A stretch of 64,000 nucleotides of DNA from Chiloscyllium plagiosum (taxonomy: Eukaryota). A program made the translations under genes and the position numbers. Every line of letters begins with the position of its first letter. Position 1 is the stretch's first letter. Shown here in pieces: positions 38,119 through 49,948 of this stretch. The stretch is taken from assembly GCF_004010195.1 (NCBI RefSeq), contig NC_057718.1, positions 31,233,622 through 31,297,621 on the forward strand. The letters run 5' to 3'. The notes below the pieces were generated by a model, which saw only the letters and a program-made list of their open reading frames with translations, was not told the origin of the DNA and did not search any database.

Positions 38119-38744
38119 GTTCTCTCATTTAAGACGCTCTTTAAAACCGACTATTTTTACTAAACTTTTGTTAATCTGTCCCTTATTACCTTATATGATC
38201 CAGTGTCTAACTTTACAACACTGCTATGAAGAGTCTCAGTATTTTATTACATTAAGGGTGCTGTTTGAATAGAAGTATTGTTGGTATCAACCCTCTGACA
38301 TATTAGGAATGGCATTTATGGTTGGCAAGAATGCTCATGGTTACATATAAGCCTATTTTTCATCTGCAATCCTTAATTATTCTAAGGAGTGACAATTGCA
38401 AATATAGATTCCTTTTTAAGCTGAAACAAATGAGTTTTCTTTTAGTGATGCAATATTCTTTTGTCCAGTGGAGAGCAATTTTATCATTGGCTCTGCATTG
38501 GATGGGTAGATCTGGTATATAAAAGTAATTTGTAATTAATCAATATTAATGTAAGTTCCACTGGCAAGTACAGAATTTAATGCAAGGTTTTTTTGGGTTC
38601 GATACCTCTGGCAACTTTCATGTAGATATTATATCCCCAGTAATCGAGTGTGCACCCTGGTCTGATTCATATTTAGCAAAATGAAATCAAGACCTGTATA
38701 CCAGCTGTCAGAATATATGCAATAGGATTCCCAACCTTGATAAA

Positions 38745-39055
38745 ATCATTTAATCCCTACAGAGTGGAAGCAGGCCATTCAGCCCATCAAGTCCACAACA
38801 AACCTTAAAAACACATCCCACCCAGATTCTCTTCATTCCTGTAACCCCACATTTCCCATGGCTAATCCACCTAATTTACACATCCCTGTACACTATGGGC
38901 AATTTAACATAACCAATCCATTTAACCTACATATATTTTGGACTGTGAGAGGAAACCAGAGCACCCGGGGCAAACCCACACAGACACAGGGAGAATGTGC
39001 AAACTCCAAATCCCTGGTGCTGTGAGACCGTAGTGCTAACCAATGAAACACTGTG
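38745..39055 (-). mobile_element. HE1 SINE, diverged
   Basis: Antisense V-domain ggagaatgtgcaaactcca and tRNA head gtgctaacca. Confidence 0.85.
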
Positions 39056-39931
39056 CGGACCCTTTTGAAAGCAGATTGATTATGCATTATCAGTCTAAGG
39101 CTTGAACTCTGACTTTTGTTTCATGGTCAGATATGGGAGAATTCCTGCATCTGCAAACCTGACCTTTAAAAATGGCTGCCACACTTGCAGTTTATGATGT
39201 GGGTGTGGTGGTTGGGCTGCATTTGACATGGGTGTAGATGATCTGGGAAAACTTGAGAAGGATGCTGAAGTTGGAGGGAATGTGCAAGAGGCCTGCCTTG
39301 GAGCATCAGCACTGTGTTCAAAGTTCAAAAATAAAGATTAGCACAAACATCCCTGCAGCCCTTACCCCTCAATACCCACTCATTCCCTGTGCTGTATCCA
39401 TGTCTCCACTTGCCACTTATTGGTCTGTACACATACCATTTGGCCACCTAATACTTTTCACATCAACCTTCATCGTTATACTCATCTGCATGGCTCCCAC
39501 ACCATCCATGCCAACCTATCCATCATGCTCTTCTCATGGTCCCTTATAACACCTATGTCAAGCTAGTGCTAACAAATTTCAGTGCACACACCTCACCCTC
39601 CACTTTTTGTACTGTCAGCCTCATACCAACTCCTCTCATATTTGCCATTGATGAACTTAAAAATCCATGCACAAATAAGTGAAACTAAAGTTCTAGTAAT
39701 TGAAGTAAATGTACTTTTCACAATATTTAGAAAAAAAACATTCATTCATAAAGACACTAACTCCTTAAACCTTGTGTAAATACACAGTTCATTCAAGTAC
39801 AACAAATGTTGGAATTTATAGTCCCATATCAGAGTACAAAATCACTTCTCAGCTGTCAGTCAAACTGTGAATTGGAAAGTAACCTATTGTGATCATATTT
39901 TCTTGTGAAATCAGTTATGCAGCAGCAATCC

Positions 39932-41042
39932 AGTCATAGAGATTACAGCATGGAAACAGACCCTTCGGTCTAACTCCTCATGCCGACCAGATATGCCAAC
40001 CCAATCTAGTCCCACCTGCCAGCACCTGGCCCATATTCCTCCAAACCCTTCCTATTCATATACCCATCCAGAAGCCTTTTAAATGTTGCAATTGTACCAG
40101 TCTCCGCCACTTCCTCCGGCAGCTCATTCCACACCCATACCACCCTCTGCGAGAAAAAGTTGATTCTTTGGTATCTTTTACATCTTTCCCCTCTGACCCT
40201 AAACCCTCTAGTTCTGTTCTCCTCCACCCCAGGGAAAAGACTTTGTCTATTTATCCTATCCATGCCCCTCATGATTTTGTAAACTGTGTAAGGTCACCCC
40301 TCAGCCTCCGACGCACCAGGGAAAACAGCCACAGCCTATTCAACCTCTCACTATAGCTCAAGTCCTCCAACCCTGGCAACATCCTTGTAAATCTTTTCTG
40401 AACCCTTTCAAGTTTAACAACGTCTTTCTGATAGGAATGAGACCATATTCCAACAGTGGTCTAACCAATGTCCTGTACAGCCACAACATGACCTCTCAAC
40501 TCCTGTACTCAATACTCTGACCAATAAGGGAAAGCATACCAAACACTTTCTTCACTATCCTATCTACCTGCAACTCCACTTTTTAGAAGCAGCTATGAAC
40601 CTGCACTCCAAGGTCTCTTTGTTCAGCAACACTCCCGAGGAACTTATCATTAAGTATATACGTCCTGCTAAAATTTGCTTTCCCAAAATGCAGCACCTCC
40701 CATTTATCTAAATAAAACTCCATCTGCCACTTCTCAGCCCATTGGCCCATCTGATCAAGATCCCGTTGTAATCTGAGATATCCTTCTTCGCTGTCCACTA
40801 CACCTCCAATTTTGGTGTCATCTGCAAACTTACTAACTATACCTCTTATGCTCACATCCAAATCATTTATATAAATGACAAAAAGTAGAAGACCCAGCAC
40901 CGATCCTTGTGGCACTCCACCAGTCACAGGCCTCCAGTCTGAAAAACAACCCTCCACCACCTCTGTCTTCTACCTTTGAGCCAGTTCTCTATCCAAATGG
41001 CAAGTTCTCCCTGTATTCTATGAGATCTAACCTTGCTAACCT
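39932..41042 (-). mobile_element. HER1 LINE 3' 1.1 kb
   Basis: ORFs 40583-40960 (GVPQGSVLG, SKFADD) and 40006-40272. Confidence 0.95.
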
Positions 41043-43934
41043 TGACAACGTTAACAGTTCTTTGATAATTTGTAAATTCCAGTGACCTCATGCATTTTGT
41101 GCAGACAAGCAGATCTATTTTTAATTATCCAAAATATCACTTGACTTCACCTAAAATGGTACCTCACCAAAGTGTACCTTACCTGTACCTTTCCTTTAAA
41201 CGTGTCCTGAAACCTCTGTAAAAGAGTTTCAAACAAATTTATGAGGTTCAGACATATTCTTAGTTGGTCTGACCTGCACAATTTAGGGTTCAGGTTCAGA
41301 CACAAACATCACTGAAATTGCAAAGGAATCAAGGCAGCCAATGAATTACATGGCCAAATACCTCTGCAAACCATGCAGGCATGAATCCCAAGCCATATGT
41401 GCAAGTGCCATTATCAGGAATGGGACTTGGAATTTCTAGCTACTTTTGCCATTTTTGCCATGACAAAGAGGCTCTCAGTCCTGGTGAAAATCTGGGCCTT
41501 AGCTTAGAATGAACAAATTACATGCTGGTACATAAGTGATCCGTATGTAATGTGACATAAAGGTATGTTTACTTCTCTAAATTTCTTGGTGCATAAGAGA
41601 CACCAACCACTACTAATTACTCTAAAGAAACAGTTATCATTTGAACATGAGTTCAGCTGTTCAGATGGCTGGCACTAAACTTTAAAGTAAAAGCCCAGAA
41701 AATCCATGGGCTAGACCACATGGTTCCGTTTTGACAACAAACCCAATTTAGTCACTGACTGGCATTAAATTATCTTTTGCCGCTTCTGGGACTCCAAATT
41801 GGAGTTAAGTTTGCTCCATTTCATACTGGCCTTCTCTTGTTTTCTCTGATATTTTTCTGCTGATATCTTTATAATGACAATCTCACTGATGATCAACTTG
41901 ACAATTTTCTACTGTTTACGATCACCTTGATGTCAATTCTTGTATGCGTTTATGGTCATTTTCATTTGATTCTACAGTGGCCGGATGTCTTGCGTTGACT
42001 GACTGACTATTCACAACAGGATCCAGAGTAGACTGATATAGTACGTAGTTATTGTGCATTATCGATTATTTCCCTTCAAAAAGCAAACAGAAAGATTAAA
42101 GGCACTATGTGTGGACTGATTTGCATGTGAACGCTGGTTTCAAATGGCACACCATAATAGGAATGGTACTCACTGCTAAGGCTTCCATGACTCCCAAATC
42201 ATGATTCATCTTTTTGAATTGCTATTGTTAACAACTCAACTAACAAGTCCTTTAGTGTATGAGTATGGTAACTTGAGGAAGCAGCAACTTCTAGTGACTC
42301 ATTGCTACAGGACTTGCAGCAATACTGGATTTTCCCTTTTTCTTCCTTGAGGTAGTTCAACTTGTCAGTCACTATTAATGGCCAGCATGGTAGGTGCATT
42401 CATAACATGTTTATTGGCTCAACGAGTTGAGTAACAAACTGTAAATCCTGCTAATATGCCTATGGCAGGCGATAAGATTGGAAAGGAATGCTTAATGAAG
42501 AATAAGCTCCCTGCAAGCCTGTGGTAACAACCTAATGATATATTCCAGGAAAACTTTGCTAAGGAAACAGACATAAGAATGTGCTGTGTTTGCTTCATAA
42601 GTGACCAGGCTTGAGATGAGAAAAGGAGAAATGAGAAATAGTGACTGGGGTTTATCAGGTGCATGGAATGAAGGTGCACTGAAGACAACTGGACTGGTTC
42701 TGGGAAGTGAAATAGCAGTTTCAGTGTTTGTTTGATGGCACGTCCACCACAAGGTTCAGGTGTATTAATACATAAGAATCTCTTCTCTCGAATGAGCAGC
42801 TACAAAAATATATTAATTAAGCATCTTGATCCACTGTAATGTAATGTGCATTTTCTATGTGTTCAAGATGTCCAATTCACAAAATAAATCGCATGTTCTG
42901 TTTCAAGTAGTATGCATAGAAGGAGGTTAACAATTCAATTCGGCGTCAACAGATCATAAAGCAGAATTTTTCCTAACCCTTCAGCAGCCTAGGCAATGGC
43001 TAGAAATGTGGGAGCATAGGGTGCAATTAACCTGTCTATCTAATTTCTCCCCACTTTGCCCCTTGATCTGCATGCATATCAAATTAACAAGCTAGATGTA
43101 ATCATGCAGTGTCCTCCCATCAAAGCTAGAGTGGTGTTGACATCAATTATTCCCTCCTTCCACATTAAACCTTTCTTTCTGCATTAACTCAGGAAGCCCA
43201 ACTGGAAGGGAACATCATTTATTACTGAACACTAAAACAGAGCCACAGCTCATGGCACGCACAGGCTAATCCCAGCCAAGGACAGGACATTCTGCATACT
43301 TATCGGTAGGTCTGCTTTCTTTTCCCTCTTTTTACTCAGAAGTGCTATCGCTCACAATTGAGCGACTTCCCCACCACCAAAATCACTGTGAATTGTTTGT
43401 GTTATTTGTTTCCTTTTTTAACACCTAACCAGTAACCATCTGTGTTGCCAATCAAATAATTACATGCAAAGCTCTTTAAGGACAATGCAAGCCATCATAT
43501 GTGAGGGAAAGGTAGACAGAGCAGGAAGAGGCTGAATCAAAATTGATTTGGAAGGGGAGATAAAGTACTGTTCCCACTGCAGTTCTCACCCTTCTCCAAA
43601 GGCATCAAGAGATTAGTAAATACCACGTGTCCCTCTCCAAGGACACCCAGACACAAATGTAGCTGTGGCAGGCAGTCAAGAGAAATGGCACCCCCCACCA
43701 CCACCCCACAGCCCACTGCCTGGATCTGTTAATAGCCAACTTAGCGAGCCTAGGAGCAAATCCATGAAGGGTCCGTCTCCATGCTGTACGACTCTGTGTC
43801 CTCTGACTTTCCCACACCACTCTGCACTGGATCCTCAAAGATCAGTAGTATGGGCCAAAGTACAATCAAAAGCATAAGAAAATATTTTTCAAGTAGCTAA
43901 TAAGGAAGTGTAATTGTCCACAATCAATATATTA

Positions 43935-44660
43935 GTACACGGGACTGCTGCATGCAACACCCTCTATCCAAGATTCCTGATAAAAATGGGAGGACTCCTG
44001 CATACAGAGCCCTCCACTGGGGATCCCCACCACCTGGTGTTAACTAGGCACATCAAGGGGTGTCTGGATGATAGATGAAGGATGAAATGAATAGTGTGCA
44101 GCAGAAGCCTATACAAAATGTCCCTTGGCACCAAGTGGACAGACATGGAGGACATTCCCATGAGGTGGTTCAGATTGTGGTGTGCAGACTCCCGAGGGAG
44201 GTTCAGTGCCCTGTGGCTGATGTGAAATTCCATCTGGGGAGGGATTCCACTGCACATCCTCCTACCTGTTCACAATACAGTGTCTGAGCAATGCCTTTTT
44301 TCAGGTAACAGATGGCATGGCCACTAGCTGGATATCCACCGTCACAGTTTGTCATTTTCTGCAGCAACAACCAGCCCTGGCCTCCACCACCCAGCACATC
44401 CCCTACTCTGGCCACCCTCATAGCCACTACCCTCCCTTCACCCACCAGCCACTTGAACCTGTGTTGACGGAGGTGAGTGACCACTTCTTCAAAGAAGCAT
44501 GTTTGCATTGGTCTGACCAGAAGACTGTACACATTCACAAAGTGAAGGACTGTACCCCTAATTGGACAATTGAGTGAATAAATGGCCTGGTGCCAGCTCC
44601 TTGACCCCCAGGATCTCCAGTCAAAAATGTAGTGCCAACAATCCAGAGCCTGTTGGACAT
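43935..44660 (-). mobile_element. Tx1/L1-clade LINE ORF2 relic with large internal deletions
   Basis: EN-like GTVLHFVNVYS..FFEEV; C-terminal PGGGDPQWRALYAGVLP..G*RVLHAAVPC, typical of Tx1-like ORF2. Confidence 0.6.
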
Positions 44661-45274
44661 TGTCAATATGACCCATATTTTTCTGCAGCAACTTCTGGAG
44701 TTTGTTAGACCATGTGTTGTGCAAATTCTCTGTTGCATTTGTCTTCAAAATTATACTTCATCAATAAATAATTGGCAGTAAAATATCTTGGAACATCCTA
44801 AGGATGTACAATTATTAATGCAGATGTTTTCATGGCAGCCCTGACTCAATTTGTTTTCAGCAAGGACTCATTCCAGGACTTCGACACATCATGGCTGATA
44901 CTCAAGTGCAGTGCTAATGAGAATTTTTTTAAGGCTGTGTATGTGTTCTTGGATGATAGTGTAAAAAAAAGTCATCCCACTATTTTGAAAAAGAGCAGCA
45001 GTGTTATCTTTATTAGCCTGGCTAATATTTATTTCTGAATCAGCATCAGAAAAAATAGATTATCCAGTTTTTATCATGTTTTTGCAAGTTTTGTGTGTGT
45101 TTATTGGCCACTAAATTTTCTATGCTTTAACAATGACCATACTTTAAAATTGCTCATTGGCTGTAAAGCACTTTGTGACATCTGACCATTATGAACAGTG
45201 CAATATAAATGCAAATCTTCTTACTCTTTTATCCATTGCACACAACTAACTTTACTGGATTGTCAGGAACTGGA

Positions 45275-45542
45275 ATTAGATCAGAGTGGTGCTGGAAAAA
45301 CACAGCAGATCAGGCAGCATCCAAGGAGCAGGAAAATCGATGTTTCGGGCATAAGCCCTTCATCAAGAATAGCGGCAGGAAGCCTCCAGGGTGGAGGCTT
45401 CCTGCCTCTCTTCCTGATGAAGGGTTTTTGCCTGAAATGTTGATTTTCCTGCTCCTCGGATGCTGCCTGATCTGCTGTGCTTTTCCAGCACCATTCTGAT
45501 CTAAACTCTGGTTTCCAGCATCTGCAGTCCTCACTTTTGCCT
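45275..45542. mobile_element. PLE-derived fold-back mini-element (family A) with a hammerhead motif on each strand
   Basis: ~95-bp inverted arms; central 15-bp perfect stem ggcaggaagcctcca-ggg-tggaggcttcctgcc; TSD aggaactgga at 45265-45274 and 45543-45552. Confidence 0.9.
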
Positions 45543-46599
45543 AGGAACTGGATTTAGACTTAGATGGTAATAATGGTGAACACCAAGAAGCCTCCCTGTT
45601 ACTGGTTCAGCAAAATCTGTGAGATTTCTTTGTTACACCTCTTAAAGAAAAACTATTCTTCTGTTTACTTTCTTTTTGATGCCTCTTCCTTGTAAGTATG
45701 GTCCTCTGCATTGAATATGTAAGCGCAAGTGAAAACTATTCATGCGACATAGTTAAACATGTTCACAAATTTAGACCAAAGGCACAGCAGCACTTAAAGC
45801 TGTCCTCTGAGAGATACTAAGGAAAATCCTTTGCCGTGCTGTTTAAGAGCTTTTTTTTACAAGTGCTGAAGAGTGACGGTGTCCGAAATATGTAATAAAA
45901 TCTGTACCACACCTTTAGGGCTATATTTTCCTTTACTCATGAATTTATCTAAGAAATAGATAACTATAAATTTGAAATTAGATCAGAATTGGAGCAAAAC
46001 CTCACTTCTAATGATTAATATGTTAGCTATGTTATTATGGAAGGACTCTCCGATGTGCAATCATACTTGAGTTATTTGGGTTATTGTAAACTGTCAATCA
46101 GTTAACAATTGTTTATCACTTTGACCCCACTTTGCCAATAATAACATTTTTAAAAAGGAAAGGCATCTTATTGTACATAATTCCTGAGATGAATTACATT
46201 TTAAAATAAGAAGATCAAAGTGGCGCACAAATGTGCTGTAATTCAGACTACTGGTAAATTAAACATACCTGAGAATCTACAGTTGCTGTGTCTCTAGTCT
46301 CAATCAGACTACCTCGTTAATGTGAGGTTTCTTGTCTGCTCTCTCTGTTGGGGAATGGTGGTGGTAAGTTTCTAAGAATTCTAAGAAAGAAAGTACTGTC
46401 CAGCAACGTCCAAAGCTTGATCCTAAGTTTATATTCCGTTAGTTGTTTCACAGTTAAGAAGTATAGTGTTTTTTGTGAGCTGCAACAGAGTGACCAGTAC
46501 CTGTGTACTATAAATGAACAAGTTAAAACGTTCAAGTGTAGAGACTGCATTGTTTTTGATTCTCTATTTCTTGGACTATGAACTAAATAGGAGAATACT

Positions 46600-47461
46600 G
46601 TTTTAAACCAAGGATATTATATAAAGAGAGGCTGTATTTTTAAAAAGCACACTTATTGGAGCTCATTTTAAATTGTAAACAATGTTGCATTTTCCCTGGA
46701 ACAGTAAAAGCAAAAGCAGACACCACAGAGCTGCTGGATTTTCATTTTCAGGACAACTGCTTGACAATAATGTTTTGTTTGGCTCCTGACTAGAGGACCT
46801 TGGCCCATATATTGGACCAGTGCATCAGAGAAGCTCTCACCCTACAAAGTGAATGCATCAAATAATGTCTCTTTGTGCCTCTATCCTACGTGAAGATATC
46901 AGAAGGTCTCCAGTCACATCTGTCTTCCACTCCCTTTCAATGCATGTCTCCTGTTGAAAAGAGAAAAATCACCTTTAGGCACTCTGAAACAGGCAAATTC
47001 ACAACCAGTGAGTGAATGACTGAATATCAGTTGCAAACAACCTTGTTCAACTTTATAGAATTGAAAAGAAGGAAAGGAAACAACTTCTCAATTCTGTGAT
47101 ATAGACTAATATTAAATTGTATTTCTCTGATTTTATTTTCTTTTCCATTCTTAATATACATGTCCTTGTGTGTCTACCTATATGGCAGAGGGAAAATTTA
47201 AGAAAGGATGGAGTTTAAGTTGTTACAGAGTTATAGACTAATAATGCTTATTTCCTGTTTGCCTTTGAATAAAGCCAATTTGTTTGTAATAAAGTTATTT
47301 TCTTGTTATGTATAGAAATCTGGTGAACATTTTCTTTTAGGTCAGTCTTTCAGTCAGGTATATCAGGGACATTGGATAGTTTGACTAAACGTTTACATTT
47401 GTGGTGACTCTGGGAATAGTGCATTTTGATTTCCAGCATACTACTCCATTGAATCATGACA
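46600..47461 (+). mobile_element. Possible old solo LTR (5' end not defined)
   Basis: Ends ...gaatcatgaca like the 62488-63326 solo LTR; aataaa signals at ~47268 and ~47288. Confidence 0.35.
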
Positions 47462-47704
47462 AAAAGAATAGACGGCAGAATATTGGGAGGAAAAAACTTG
47501 CCAAATTGTTGTAATAGATCTTTATGGAAAATTACTTTTCAGCACTAGCACAGGAGAATATTACATTATGTTGATTAATCTGCTAAAACTTCACAGTTTT
47601 GTTTAAACACCATAAAGTTCAGTTCTTAAATTTACTTTGAAAGAAGTTTGATCTTTTCTGAGGATTCACATGTTACCTTTGAGACAAAGTGTACAAATGA
47701 TATT

Positions 47705-48007
47705 ATTAGATTAGATTACTTACAGTGTGGAAACAGGCCCTTCGGCCCAACAAGTCCACACCAACCCTCCAAAGAGCAGCTCACCCATACACCTACACCT
47801 AACACTACGGGAAATTTAGATTGGCCAATTCACCTAACTTGCACATTTTTTGGACTGTGGGAGGAAACCAGAGCACCCGGAGGAAACCCACACAGACACG
47901 GGGAGAATGTGCAAACTCCACACAGACAGTTGCCTGAGGCAGGAATTGAACCCGGGTCTCTGGCGCTGTGAGGTAGCAGTGCTTATCACTGTGCCACCAT
48001 GCTGCCC
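47705..48007 (-). mobile_element. HE1 SINE, full length
   Basis: Minus-strand head gggcagcatggtggcacagtgataagc...gggttcaattcc; V-domain; taatctaatctaa tail. Confidence 0.92.
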
Positions 48008-48934
48008 TATACACTTGGTGTTATGCTCCCATTCCCAACCTGTGGGAATTATATGACTTTAATCTGATATCTTTAAGAATATTATTGAATTGACAAGCAT
48101 TGTACTGTGACCATCGAACAAAAGATTATGTGATTCCTCTCTCTCTCTCTCTCTTCAGGAAAAGCACATCCATAGCAGTCAGGTTGAGGTCAAACAAAGG
48201 TAATAACCAAGGAGAATGGTGCTTTTAGGGAATCTTTTTGCACCTAGTACCTTCTTATGTATACAAGTGTTTTGCAAGCGTTAACAAATGGTACCTTTGA
48301 GGTAAGCCAAAAGGTGACCTCAGCCAAAGTGATGGACAGTGGGAAGGTGACATTCTGATGGCCATTGACCAGAGATACTCAAACAAGCAGTTAGAGTAGC
48401 ACAAACCATCAGCCCTAGATGTAATGTAAATTAACAGATGCTTTGGTAGAAGTGGGGAGGGTGAGGGGTTAGTGGGTTGAAGGGGCAGTCCTCATCAAGC
48501 AGCTACCTTTTCAGATGTAAGGAAACTGAAGAAGAATTTTGTATCACCTCAAGAAAGAAAGAGAACAATAGAGGAGAACATAATCTTTGTTTCCACCTGT
48601 TATGGATTGTAAGCTTTTCCAGTTAATGGACATCTGCGTCATATTTAAACTATTGCTTCTTAATATTTGACTTAATAAACTAACTTATGAGGTTGGCTCT
48701 CTTTTTGGGTAATCTGTGGCCCCTGAATACAAAACTTACAAAAAGTAAAACCTAGAAAGTTCTCTGTGTAAATAACAAGTCAATAAACCTCAAAATGAAA
48801 TGATAGGCAAGAAACAAATAGAAGGCTTAGAAAGAGGTTTGATAATCTAAACAGCTACTTTATCTTAAGGGAATCTGCTGAGTCAACAGCCTAGAAATTA
48901 GATTGCGCAATATTTTAGCTATTAAAGTATATCC

Positions 48935-49495
48935 AAGGGCTAGGAGGGTAAGCACCTAGAGCTGACTCCCCAAAACCTGTCCGTCCTCTACAAGGCACAA
49001 ATTAGGTGTCTGATGGAAGACTCCCCACTTGCCTAGATGGGTGCAGCTACAACAGCACTCAAACTTGACACCATCCAGGATAAAGCAGCCTGCTTGATTG
49101 GCACCACATCCACTTCGTCCACCACCGACACTGAGTAGCAGCAGTGTCTACTATCTACAAGATGCACTGCAAAAATTCACCAAAGATCCTCAGACAGCAC
49201 CTTCCAAACCCATGACCACTTCCATCTAGAAGGACAAGGGCAGCAGATTCATGGGAACACCACCATCCACAAGTTCCCTTCCAAGCCACTCACCATCTTG
49301 ACTTGGAATTATATCAACGTTCCTTCACTGTTGCTGGGTCCAAATCCTGGTACTCCTTTCCTAATGGCATTGTGGACTATCCCATAGCACATGGCCTGCA
49401 AAGGTTCAAGAAGGCAGCTCACTACCACCTTCTCAAGGATATTTTGGGACAGATAATGCTGGTCAGCCAGTGATGCCAACATCCCACGAATGAAT
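48935..49495 (+). mobile_element. CR1/L2-class LINE 3' fragment (second family)
   Basis: LSVLYKAQIRCLMEDSPLA; tail atcccacgaatgaat. Confidence 0.8.
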
Positions 49496-49948
49496 TAGAG
49501 TCATAGAGATGTACAGCATGGAAACAGATCCTTCGGTCCAACCCGTCCATGCCGACCAGATATCCCAACCCAATCTAGTCCCACCTGCCAGCACCCGGCC
49601 CATATCTCTCCAAACCCTTCATATTCATATACGCATCCAAATGCCTCTTAAATGTTGCAATTGTACCAGCCTCCACCACTTCCTCTNNNNNNNNNNNNNN
49701 NNNNNNNNNNNNNNNNNNNNNNNNNNNNNNNNNNNNNNNNNNNNNNNNNNNNNNNNNNNNNNNNNNNNNNNNNNNNNNNNNNNNNNNNNNNNNNNNNNNT
49801 TCAAGTTTCACAACATCTTTCCGATAGGAAGGAGACCAGAATTGCATGCAATATTCCAACAGTGGCCTAACCAATGTCCTGTACAGCCGCAACATGACCT
49901 CCCAACTCCTGTACTCAATACTCTGACCAATAAAAGAAAGCATACCAA
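49496..49948 (-). mobile_element. HER1 LINE 3' fragment spanning the assembly gap
   Basis: ORF 49575-49967 LYRTLVRPLLEYCMQFW; tagagtcatagag tail. Confidence 0.9.
49687..49799. other. Assembly gap (113 N)
   Basis: Run of N. Confidence 1.

Noticed and set aside
44203..44748. 181-aa ORF as a novel gene
   Set aside because: Explained by the Tx1-like LINE relic
45275..45542. Fold-back elements as DNA-transposon MITEs
   Set aside because: Arms are asymmetric with a one-sided tail, TSDs vary from 10 to 16 bp, and the sequence matches a PLE 3' end, all favouring retrotransposition
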